DNA of 10,620 bases from Candidatus Eiseniibacteriota bacterium. GTDB taxonomy: Bacteria; Eisenbacteria; RBG-16-71-46; CAIMUX01; VGJL01. The DNA is taken from positions 1 through 10,620 of the forward strand of contig JBHGAY010000059.1 of assembly GCA_041946735.1 (NCBI GenBank), read 5' to 3'. A program made the translations under genes and the position numbers. Below are positions 1 through 8,100 of this stretch, one piece after another. The number at the start of each line of letters is the position of its first letter. Positions within the stretch are counted from its first letter, which is position 1. Under the pieces are notes generated by a model. The model was not told where the DNA came from and ran no database searches. It worked only from the letters and a program-made list of their open reading frames with translations.

Positions 1-1
1 C

Positions 2-145
2 ACGTATGTCTTCCGAATCAAGAGCGTCGATGCCGCTGGCAATGGGTCGGCAGAGTCCAACACGGCAAGCGGGCAGACCCCGACGGACTGCTACCCGCGG
101 GACGCGACCATCACGTCGGCTCCCTCATCAGGTTCCGAAAGCCCC
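2..145 (+). pseudogene. 3' part of a fibronectin type III-domain protein CDS entering from the left edge, apparently truncated at the tRNA fragment
   Basis: Frame 2 from nt 2 reads TYVFRIKSVDAAGNGSAESNTASGQTPTDCYPRDATITSAPSSGS. YxFxIxSxDAAGNxSxxS matches the C-terminal strands of bacterial FN3 domains, and it is followed by a 'D..P.DATITSAP' Ig-type linker. There is no stop codon before the tRNA fragment. Not listed as such in the ORF track. Confidence 0.6.
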
Positions 146-195
146 GAACTGCCGGGCCTCGCAGCCCATGTGGGTTCGAGCCCCACTCCCGGTAC
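146..195 (+). tRNA. 3' fragment of a tRNA-Leu (partial, att-like), not an intact tRNA
   Basis: GA-ACTGC-C (end of anticodon loop and 3' anticodon strand), variable arm GGGC-CTCGCA-GCCC (154-167), T-arm GTGGG-TTCGAGC-CCCAC (170-186), acceptor 3' strand TCCCGGT (187-193), discriminator A194. A long variable arm with discriminator A fits Leu. No 5' acceptor strand, D-arm or 5' anticodon strand upstream. Confidence 0.75.
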
Positions 196-259
196 GGACC
201 TCTCCTCCGTCGCGTCGTCGCGCGCGCGCAGCGCCGAGGGCCAGCGCCAGCGCCTACGC

Positions 260-1738
260 CTACGCCGCCGCCTTCGCCTCCGCGCCTCCCGCCGGCTCGA
301 GCCGTACCCCGCGCGTCAGCCATCCGCGGAAGATGAGCGCCACGGCCAGCCCCGCGAGGGCGAAGCCGGCGCACAACAGCCACATCGCCTCCGGCGAGCG
401 CCAGAACGTCAGCGAGCCGTCCAGGATGCGGTCGCGCACCCCCTCCGGGCAGAACCGGATCAGCATGTGCCCGGAGAGAAGGCTGATGAACGTCTTCGCC
501 AGGAAGTACGGCAGGAGCGACATCCCGAGATAGGAGCCTTCCTGTCCCGGCGGCGCGACGGCGGCCGTGTATTCCTGCAGCTTCGGCGACCAGATGATCT
601 CGCCGAGCGACAGCACGACGAGCTGCACGACGGTCATCGTCGTGTAGGAGGCGGCGATGTCGCTGCCGAACCATCGCCACGGGACGACGAGCGCGAAGAG
701 CGAGATCGACGACAGCAGTCCGCCGAAGAGAAGCATCTTGTAGACGTGGAAGCGGTTCGCGAGCGGGATGAACAGGATCAGCCCCGCGACGATCAGGATC
801 GGGTTGATCGCCTGGAACAGTCCCATCGGCGCGCTCTCGCCGATCACGCGCAGCCAGTACTTCGGCTGCAAGAGCGCCATGTAGAGGAAGACCGCCCGGA
901 CTCCGATCAGGCAGCTCACGAGGACGAGGAAGCGCCAGAACGCGCTCTGCGCGACCACCTCGCGGAGAATCTGCCACGGCATCTTCCGCTCGACCTCCGC
1001 CTCCGCGTCGGTGCCCGTTCCGGTGCCTGCAGCGCCTGCGGCGCCCGCCGCCTCCACCTCGTCCGCGCCGCGCACCTGCATCTCCCTCCGGATGAACAGG
1101 ACGGTAAAGAGGGTGCAGAGGATCGCGGCGAAGACGCCGATGTTCACGATCCAGGTGTTGTTCGCATGCAGATCGAGACGGACGAAGTCGATCACGAAGC
1201 CGCCGAGCGCCGCGCCGATGTTCATCACGAGGTACCACATGCTGAAGCCGGCCGCGCGCGCACGCTCGCTCGTGTAGCGCCGGATCGCCGCCTGGAAGAC
1301 GGTCTGCACCATCGCGGTTCCTGGGGCGAGCAGCAGGAAGAGCGGCCAGATCCACGCCTGGCGGTGCGGGATTCCGGGGAAGAAGCCGCAGAGGACGATC
1401 CCGCCGCGCGTCACGAACAAGAGCGCCATCGCGAGCACCATCGCCTTCTTGATCCCGAGAGAGTCGGTGACGAAGCCTGAGAAGAAGAGCATGAGCGTCG
1501 TCGCCGTCGTGAAGATCGTGAAGACGTAGCCCGCGTGGACGTCCGAGAAGCCGAGGTTCTCGGAGAGGAAGACGACCGCGATGTTCAGGAAGGCGAAGTA
1601 GGCGAAGCAGTCGAGGAGGTTGATCAGCTGGATCGCCCAGTACTCCCGCGGGCAATCCTTCAGCACCTTGAAGTCGGTGAAGTAGTTCCGGATCGACTGG
1701 AGCGCCGATCGCGATGCGGTCGTGGTCGAACCGCTCAT
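260..1738 (-). CDS. MFS transporter, POT/PTR-like peptide transporter (492 aa)
   Basis: About 12 hydrophobic segments. MFS motif A-like SGFVTDSLGIKK, PTR2-like GFSMWYLVMNIGAALG, FQAINPILI and SLGEIIWSP. GGAGG RBS at 1747-1751 (minus). The TAG stop is followed by a second in-frame TAG (254-256). Confidence 0.93.
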   Translation of the reverse strand: MSGSTTTASRSALQSIRNYFTDFKVLKDCPREYWAIQLINLLDCFAYFAFLNIAVVFLSENLGFSDVHAGYVFTIFTTATTLMLFFSGFVTDSLGIKKAMVLAMALLFVTRGGIVLCGFFPGIPHRQAWIWPLFLLLAPGTAMVQTVFQAAIRRYTSERARAAGFSMWYLVMNIGAALGGFVIDFVRLDLHANNTWIVNIGVFAAILCTLFTVLFIRREMQVRGADEVEAAGAAGAAGTGTGTDAEAEVERKMPWQILREVVAQSAFWRFLVLVSCLIGVRAVFLYMALLQPKYWLRVIGESAPMGLFQAINPILIVAGLILFIPLANRFHVYKMLLFGGLLSSISLFALVVPWRWFGSDIAASYTTMTVVQLVVLSLGEIIWSPKLQEYTAAVAPPGQEGSYLGMSLLPYFLAKTFISLLSGHMLIRFCPEGVRDRILDGSLTFWRSPEAMWLLCAGFALAGLAVALIFRGWLTRGVRLEPAGGAEAKAAA

Positions 1739-1850
1739 CCGCCCGTCCTCCCGATGCGGCCGCTCGCGCTTCGCCGCCGCGATGCGCCGGGCGAGTCGAC
1801 CTCGACCGCCGGCCCGATCGCGGGCACGCGTGGTTTCTGCCGCCGAACGG

Positions 1851-1879
1851 ATGTTAGGGACGTCGGGGCGAACGGTAAA
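1851..1879 (-). promoter_or_regulatory. putative sigma70-type promoter for the MFS gene
   Basis: Minus strand TTTACC (1879-1874), 17-nt spacer, TAACAT (1856-1851), in the intergenic gap about 110 nt upstream of the MFS start. Confidence 0.4.
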
Positions 1880-1936
1880 GCCCCCGATGCGATGCGGGGT
1901 GGACTCAGGTCGAAGCGGCGCCGGCCGGCCGGCCGG

Positions 1937-3487
1937 CTACTCGATTTCGATCCGGTTGCCGGCCGCCGGGTCGATCCTCTCGAGATCGCGCAGCGCGTCG
2001 GCGGCCCGCGCGAGCCTCCCGGGATCCCGCACCTTGAAGAGCAGAACGGCCCGTCTCCCCTCGAACCCGGCGAGCAACACGTCGCCGGGCGCGCGCGCGG
2101 CCTCCGCAATCCGGCTCGCGAGGGAGGGGAGCCGGGCTTCGAGCGCCGCGAGCTGCCCCACCGACCCCGGAGCCACCGCGATCACGACGGGCGTCTTCGG
2201 CTGCTGGTCCAGGTAGGCGAGCGAGCGGTCATCGTCGATCGGAGCGGTCGAGTAGATGCTCGACATCCGGAAGCGGGCTCGCAGGACGTCCCGCGCCTCG
2301 GCGGGGGAGAACGTTTCGCCATCGGTCATCAGCACGATTTCCCGCAGGAGGAGGTCCACGCGATAGGGGGCGTCGGGGAAGGCGCGGGCGAAGGTTTCGA
2401 TGCTGTGCGTGACGAAGTCGCGATCGATCGGCAGTCCCGCGTCGAGACGGCGGGCGACCTCGGGGTAGAGCGCCTTCGCGAAGCCGTCGATCACCGGGTC
2501 CGCGTACCAGGAGCTGCCGTCCCGGTGGCCGGTCGCCCGCTCGTACGCCCATCCGTTGCCGATCGCCGTCGCGACCGCCTCATTCAGCATCGCGTAGGCA
2601 AGCGGGGCGTAGGCCGAGGAGTCCTGGTCGAACCAGCCGGCCAGCTCCTGCTGCGACGCGACCGGCTCCGCCTCGAAGAGCGAGTGGCACATCTCGTGAA
2701 AGATGACGCCGAAGCGTCCTGCGAGGTCCTTCTCGTCGACGAGGACGGCGACCGTCTCCAGGCTCCCGAACGACTCGGCCGTCGTGCTCCCTTTCCCGCC
2801 GGGCACCGGATAGAGCGCCACCGTGAACGGCAGTCCGGCGGGCCACGCGGAGCGGTAGAAGCGTGCGGCGGCACGGAACATCGCATCGACGCCCCATGCC
2901 TGCGTCCGCGCCTCCATCTCGGCGCGGTAGCTCTCGAGCTTCCCCAGGTTCTGCTCCCAGATCAGGGGGTCGTAGATTGCCTGGATCTCGCGGAGGATCG
3001 TGAAGTAGCGCTCCTGATCGGCGAGCGGCAGCATGCCCTGCGTCGCCGCTCGCAGCTCGTCGAGGTTTCTGGCGTCGAGAGCGCGCCAGAACAGGAGCTG
3101 CTCGAGCTTCACTCCATGCGGCCGGCCGGGCGGGTAGTCCTGGAAGTCGATCCCCTCCTGCATCCTCTGGTGAAGGGCTCGGAAGTCCTGAAGCAGCCGC
3201 CGCGTCTCGGGCGTGTCATAGCGGCTGCCGCGAAACGCCTCGCGCAGAGCGGCCGGGCGATTGGGAAACTCCGCGATCGTCGTCGCGAAGAGGACGAGGC
3301 CGAGCATATGGCTCGTCCGGTAGGCGACATGAACAGCGGCGGTCGAAACGGCGGGAGGGATGGTCTGCGCCGCCGCCGGGGCAGAGAGGGACACGCAGAG
3401 CAGCGAGCAGAGGAGCGAGGCGGCGAGAACGAGCGTGAGAGGGAAGGTTCGGGGGCGAAGCCGAGATTCCACGCGCGATCCGGTCAC
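1937..3487 (-). CDS. secreted hypothetical protein, putative gluzincin-type Zn metallopeptidase (516 aa)
   Basis: Start re-called at GTG 3487, 9 nt after AGGAGGA (3497-3503, minus). Signal peptide ...RTFPLTLVLAASLLCSLLCVSLSAPAAA|Q. IFHEMCH (HEMCH at 2684-2698) and a downstream LNEAVATA helix supplying a candidate third ligand Glu (2579-2581). Confidence 0.85.
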   Translation of the reverse strand: MTGSRVESRLRPRTFPLTLVLAASLLCSLLCVSLSAPAAAQTIPPAVSTAAVHVAYRTSHMLGLVLFATTIAEFPNRPAALREAFRGSRYDTPETRRLLQDFRALHQRMQEGIDFQDYPPGRPHGVKLEQLLFWRALDARNLDELRAATQGMLPLADQERYFTILREIQAIYDPLIWEQNLGKLESYRAEMEARTQAWGVDAMFRAAARFYRSAWPAGLPFTVALYPVPGGKGSTTAESFGSLETVAVLVDEKDLAGRFGVIFHEMCHSLFEAEPVASQQELAGWFDQDSSAYAPLAYAMLNEAVATAIGNGWAYERATGHRDGSSWYADPVIDGFAKALYPEVARRLDAGLPIDRDFVTHSIETFARAFPDAPYRVDLLLREIVLMTDGETFSPAEARDVLRARFRMSSIYSTAPIDDDRSLAYLDQQPKTPVVIAVAPGSVGQLAALEARLPSLASRIAEAARAPGDVLLAGFEGRRAVLLFKVRDPGRLARAADALRDLERIDPAAGNRIEIE

Positions 3488-3537
3488 GAGTCGGTTTCCT
3501 CCTGGTTCCTGCTCCCGGGCGGATGCCCCGGACGGCT

Positions 3538-4962
3538 TCAGCGGGTCAGGACGAGAGTCTGCGTCGAAGTCCTCGATCCAGCGCGGGCGCGAGCGAAGTA
3601 GACTCCCGAGCCAACCTCCTGCCCGTCGTCGTCCCGGCCGTCCCAAACGAGGACCTGCGACTGCAAGCCCGCCGCGCCTTCGAACAGGCGGCGCACGAGG
3701 CGCCCGGCCGCATCGTAGACGATCACCGTCGCGGTCCGCCCTGCCACGTCTCGTGGCGCGAAGCGGATGCGGAAGCTCGCGCGCGCAGGATTGGCCCCGT
3801 CCAGCGCCAGCAAGTCGCCGGGCCGCCCGGTCGCTTGCGCGCCGTGCGGGTCGGTGTCGACCGAGGCAGGATCCAGCGCAGGGCAGGGGAGATTGTGCAG
3901 CGCGAAGGCGTCGCAGATCTCGTGCCAGTGAGGCGTTCCGTTGGTCAGGTCTCCGTCGTTGTCGTCGTTGGCCAGCAGCCGCAAGAGGAACTCCGGCATC
4001 TGCGTGGGCTTCTCCTTCATGGTCCGCACGTGCAGATCGTCGAAGATCGGCGCTGCCGCCTCCGGCCCGTAGAGCAGGTCGAGGTTCTTCCGGACCTTCC
4101 ACATCGCGCCGGAGAGGATCTCGCTGCGACAGAAGATGTCGCCCCCGCATTCCGTCCCCGGATACTGCCGCAGGTTCTCGCCGGTTCGGATGTAGCCGCC
4201 GGTCTCCAGGAAGTTCTCTCCGATCTCCGGATCGTCATGGATCGTCATCGCGGCGATGTCGCTGTACGCCTCGTCCATGCCGCTGGAGACGGGAGCCGGA
4301 TCGGGGGCGTAGAGCGCGCGCGTGATCCCGTGCGCGTACTCGTGATAGACGACGTCGGAGATTCGGGCGGTGTTGTTGCAGCCGGACCCTTCGCTGAAGA
4401 AGACGAGACCGCCCTGCCACCAGAACGCTCCACAGCTGCCGTTGGGATTGTTCACGTGGACGGCGAGAGGGGTGTCGAGCGCCGTGAAGTTCGGATCGGC
4501 CTTCTTGATCCAGCCGTGGATCGCGTTGATGTGGAAGTAGGCGTCGCGCTCGGCGATGTGCGAGCCGGCATCGTCGAAGAGAAGCGCGACCGGATCGCCG
4601 GGCTGTGCGAGGAAGGAGAGCACGGCCTCCGGCATCCCATCGTCCCGGTAGACGTCGACGTAGAGACCGCGCAGCCGGGTGGTTCCCGGGTAGTCGCCGT
4701 CCTCCGGCACCTCGATGACCCACCCGCCGTCCTCGCCGGTGGTGCCCGAGTAGCCTCCCGTGATCGAGACCGTCTCGTTGGCGTACGGGAGCGCCTCCTG
4801 TGGATCTCCGACCGTTTCCGGTTCGACGAGGCCCCGGACGGTGCCTTCGAGCCGATAGGCGGCGACGCCCGTCGTGGTCGCCGCCGCCACGGAGACATTG
4901 GGAATGAAGCCGAGGATGGCGAGAACCACGAGAACGAAGGCGAGCCGGATCGTCGATCGCAT
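3538..4962 (-). CDS. secreted M4/M36 (thermolysin/fungalysin-like) Zn metallopeptidase with C-terminal FlgD-Ig-like sorting domain
   Basis: Signal peptide MRSTIRLAFVLVVLAILGFIPNVSVAA, CGAFW (NAFW-like), DVVYHEYAHGIT (HEYAH 4330-4344), GMDEAYSDIAA, and C-terminal VYDAAGRLVRRL...WDGRDDDGQEVGSGVYFAR...LVLTR. GAAGGGGGA RBS favours ATG 4962; GTG 4965 is the alternative. Confidence 0.9.
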   Translation of the reverse strand: MRSTIRLAFVLVVLAILGFIPNVSVAAATTTGVAAYRLEGTVRGLVEPETVGDPQEALPYANETVSITGGYSGTTGEDGGWVIEVPEDGDYPGTTRLRGLYVDVYRDDGMPEAVLSFLAQPGDPVALLFDDAGSHIAERDAYFHINAIHGWIKKADPNFTALDTPLAVHVNNPNGSCGAFWWQGGLVFFSEGSGCNNTARISDVVYHEYAHGITRALYAPDPAPVSSGMDEAYSDIAAMTIHDDPEIGENFLETGGYIRTGENLRQYPGTECGGDIFCRSEILSGAMWKVRKNLDLLYGPEAAAPIFDDLHVRTMKEKPTQMPEFLLRLLANDDNDGDLTNGTPHWHEICDAFALHNLPCPALDPASVDTDPHGAQATGRPGDLLALDGANPARASFRIRFAPRDVAGRTATVIVYDAAGRLVRRLFEGAAGLQSQVLVWDGRDDDGQEVGSGVYFARARAGSRTSTQTLVLTR

Positions 4963-5065
4963 CACGCGTCCCCCTTCGAAGCGCAGGACGAGTATGAAGC
5001 GTGCGGCTCGGACATGCCAGAAGCCCGCGACCGTCCCGTACCGTTGCTCGGCATAGTAGGCCGGC

Positions 5066-5094
5066 TTGCGCGAATCATTTCGTTTCTGTAGAAT
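5066..5094 (+). promoter_or_regulatory. putative sigma70-type promoter for the C25 protease gene
   Basis: TTGCGC (5066-5071), 17-nt spacer, TAGAAT (5089-5094), in a locally AT-rich patch of the divergent intergenic region, 90 nt upstream of the start. Confidence 0.6.
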
Positions 5095-5184
5095 ATCTTA
5101 CGGTTTCAATCCATGGCCCTGGGCGGAATCCGTGCGGAAGGCCGTGGACCGCAGTCCGCATCGAAAACCGAAAGGATGAGACAG

Positions 5185-8100
5185 ATGAGAAGTGCATCCC
5201 GGGTACTGGCGTTCGCGCTGGTCCTGCTGGCGGGCATCGGCTCCCTCGCGTGGGGCCAGACGAGGATCCCGCTCACAGCCGAGACCACGCATCTCACCCT
5301 CCTCGAGCAACAGGAGAACTCGCTCGTCTATCGGGCTGAGATCTCGGAGCTTGTGGCGATGCAGGTGGATACACCGGAGGGGAGATTCGCCCGCCTCCTG
5401 ATCCCCGGCTTCCACTTCTCGCATGCCGAGGGGGCCCCTGAGCTGCCGATGATGAACCGCCTCGTGGCCCTCCCCTACGGGGCGACCGCCCGGATCGAGG
5501 TCCTCTCCGCCAGCTCGCGCGAAATCGATCTCGGGGCCTACGGGATCACGACTCCTCTCTTCCCTTCGCAGCCCAGCATGCCGAAGAACGTCGATCCGGC
5601 CGACTGGCCCTTCGTCTATGACCGGGCCGCCTACGCCGCGCCGCGCGTGGCGCAGGAGCTGGCCCGGGTCGAGGCGATTGGCCGGCTTCGCGCCGCCGAC
5701 ATGGGGCGCGTCGAGCTGTCCCCGGTCGAATATTTCCCCGGCCAGCACCGGATCGTCGTGCACGACCGCGTGGACTTCCGGGTCGTCTTCGAAGGGGGGG
5801 ACAAGGCGCAAGGCGACGAGCTGTACGCCCGGACCTATAGCCCGTTCTTCCAGCCGGTCTACGACCGGCTCGACGGCTTCCGCGGAATCCATTCCCAGTA
5901 TCCCGACCGGGTGCGGGACGTCGTGACGCTCGTGATCGTGACCCCTCCGGAGTTCGTCTCGACTCTTCAGCCCTTCGTCGACTGGAAGATCCAGCGCGGC
6001 TTCCACACGATCGTGGGCGAGATCGGCACCCCGGAAGTCGGCGTCACGAAGGAGTCGATCCAGGCGTGGATCCGCAATCTCTACGAGAACGGGACGCCGC
6101 AGCAGCCGGCGCCAAGCTTCGTCGTCTTCGCCGGTGACATCGCGCAGGTGCCGACGTTCACGGCGAGCGGCGATCCGACCGATCGACCCTATTGCACGAT
6201 CGACGCGGACCTCGAGCCCGACATCTACTACGGCCGACTCTCTGCCACGAATCCGACCCAGCTCCAGGCGATCCTGAACAAGACGATCCGCTACGACCAG
6301 GCGGCGATGGCCGACCTGAGCTATCTCGGCGAGGTCGTGATGATCGCCGGCATGGATGGGAACTTCGGGCCGGTATGGGCGAACGGCCAGATCAACTACG
6401 GCACGACCAACTACTTCAACGAGGCGCACGGAATCCTGAGCCACACCTACCTCTATCCTGTGTCGGGGAATTCCGAGGCGCAGATCATCCAGAACATCAA
6501 CGACGGGATCGGCTACATCAACTACACGGCCCACGGCAGCGAGACCTCGTGGTCCGACCCGACCATGACGCAGTCCGACGTCAACAATTTGACGAACTAC
6601 GACAAGTTCTGCTTCGCCGTCGGCAACTGCTGCCTGACTTCCAGCTATGACGTCCCCGAGTGCTTCGGGGAGACGTGGCTGCGCGTCGTGAACAAGGGCG
6701 CGATCGGGTACATCGGCGGGAGCAACTCGACGTATTGGGACGAGGACTATTACTGGGGCGTCGGCTACCGGACGAGCATCGTCGTGAACCCGACGTACGA
6801 CGGGAACCATCTCGGAGCGTACGACGGGGTCTTCCATGACCACGGCGAAGCGATGGAGCAGTGGTACGTCACCAGCGATGCCATGATCTTCTGCGGCAAC
6901 CTCGCCGTCACGGAGTCCGGCTCGCCCCGCATCACCTACTACTGGAACATCTACAACTTGCTCGGCGATCCGAGCCTCTCGACCTATCTCGGGGTTCCCT
7001 CGGCCAACCCGGTCGTGCATCCCCCGACGATCTTCACGAACATGGTCTCGATCCCGGTGCAGGCGGTCCCGGGGAGCTATGTCGGCTTGACGCGCGACGG
7101 CGAGGTCCTCGGCGCCGGGACGGTCGGCCCGACCGGCACGCTCGATCTCCCGATCTGGGAGCAGCCGCTCTCTCCCGGTCCGGCTCACCTGGTCGTCACG
7201 ATGCAGAACCGTCTGCCATACCAGGCGGACGTGAACATCATCGTCCCGGCGACGGTCGTGATCGATCCGATGGTCATCGACGCCAACGTCACGACGGCGG
7301 TGACGGTGGGCGTCTTCGAGGCGGATGGCTACACGCCGAAGCCCGGCATCGACGTCTGGGCTGCCGGCCTCGACTACGAGTCGACCCACCAGGTCACCGA
7401 CGCGACGGGCCATTGCGTTCTCTCGGTCACCTATCCGTTCGGCCCGACGATCGACATCGTCGGCAAGGATCCGCAGGATCCCTGGGAGCTGTTCCGGATC
7501 CCGATCGAGGTGCGGGCGCTCGCGCTCAACCATCCCGATCTCTGGGTGACGACGACGATCGGCCTCGCCGACACGTTCGCTCTGAACCTGCCGGGCCAGC
7601 TGCACGCGCAGGTCGCCGAGCCTGGGGCGGTGCTTTGGGCCCATCAGGACGGCGCGCCGCTCGGCCACGTCGCGGGCAACATCCTGCCTCTGACCCCCTC
7701 GTCGCTTTCGACGATCACCGGGACGATCGCGGTCAGCGGCTATGACCTCTACTCCGAGCCGTTCCCCGTGATCGAGGCGTACGGAACCTTGACGGGACAC
7801 ATCGACGCTGCCGGAGGACCGGCGGCCAACGCGATCCTTCGGGGTTACGACGGCGATGGCGCCGTGGCGTTCGAGGCGGTCACGAACGCGCAGGGGAACT
7901 TCGACGTGGGGGATGAGATCCTCGTCGCTCCGTACACGATCACGGTCGATCACTTCGGCTCCCTCCACTGGGAGCAGGAGTACTTCCTGAACTACGGAGC
8001 GAACTTCCTCGACATCGACCTCGAGGCGGCGCCGAGCGGCGTGCTCACCGGCTTCGTTCGCGAGGACGAGACCGACGAGCCTCTCGAGGCGACGATCCGC

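Noticed and set aside
110..197. Intact or intron-split tRNA-Leu
   Set aside because: No D-arm, no 5' acceptor strand, no valid anticodon loop and no recognisable group I intron 3' features. The upstream sequence looks protein-coding.
990..1062. Ala/Gly/Thr low-complexity stretch in the MFS (AAGAAGAAGTGTGTDAEAE)
   Set aside because: Ordinary variable central cytoplasmic loop with short in-frame codon repeats.
6..1655. ORFs 6..533 (+), 170..1480 (+) and 111..1655 (-)
   Set aside because: Shadow or alternate frames of the MFS gene. 170..1480 matters only as the read-through of the truncated FN3 frame.
1920..1937. GCCGGCCGGCCGGCCGGC self-complementary run
   Set aside because: Simple tetranucleotide repeat in GC-rich DNA with no U-tract, so there is too little support for a terminator.
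3488..4150. N-terminal 221 aa of the 737-aa ORF
   Set aside because: It overlaps the M4/M36-like gene in another frame. A strong RBS and a signal peptide place the real start at 3487.
5053..5082. Minus-strand TACTAT as -10 for the metalloprotease operon
   Set aside because: No credible -35 at 16-18 nt spacing, so it is too weak to call.
1535..5091. Plus-strand ORFs 1535..3601, 3360..4325 and 3523..5091
   Set aside because: They lie antisense to well-supported minus-strand genes and have Arg-rich, motif-free translations.
5113..5184. Upstream start of the 1611-aa ORF
   Set aside because: The RBS and signal peptide fit ATG 5185, and 5113 has no RBS.
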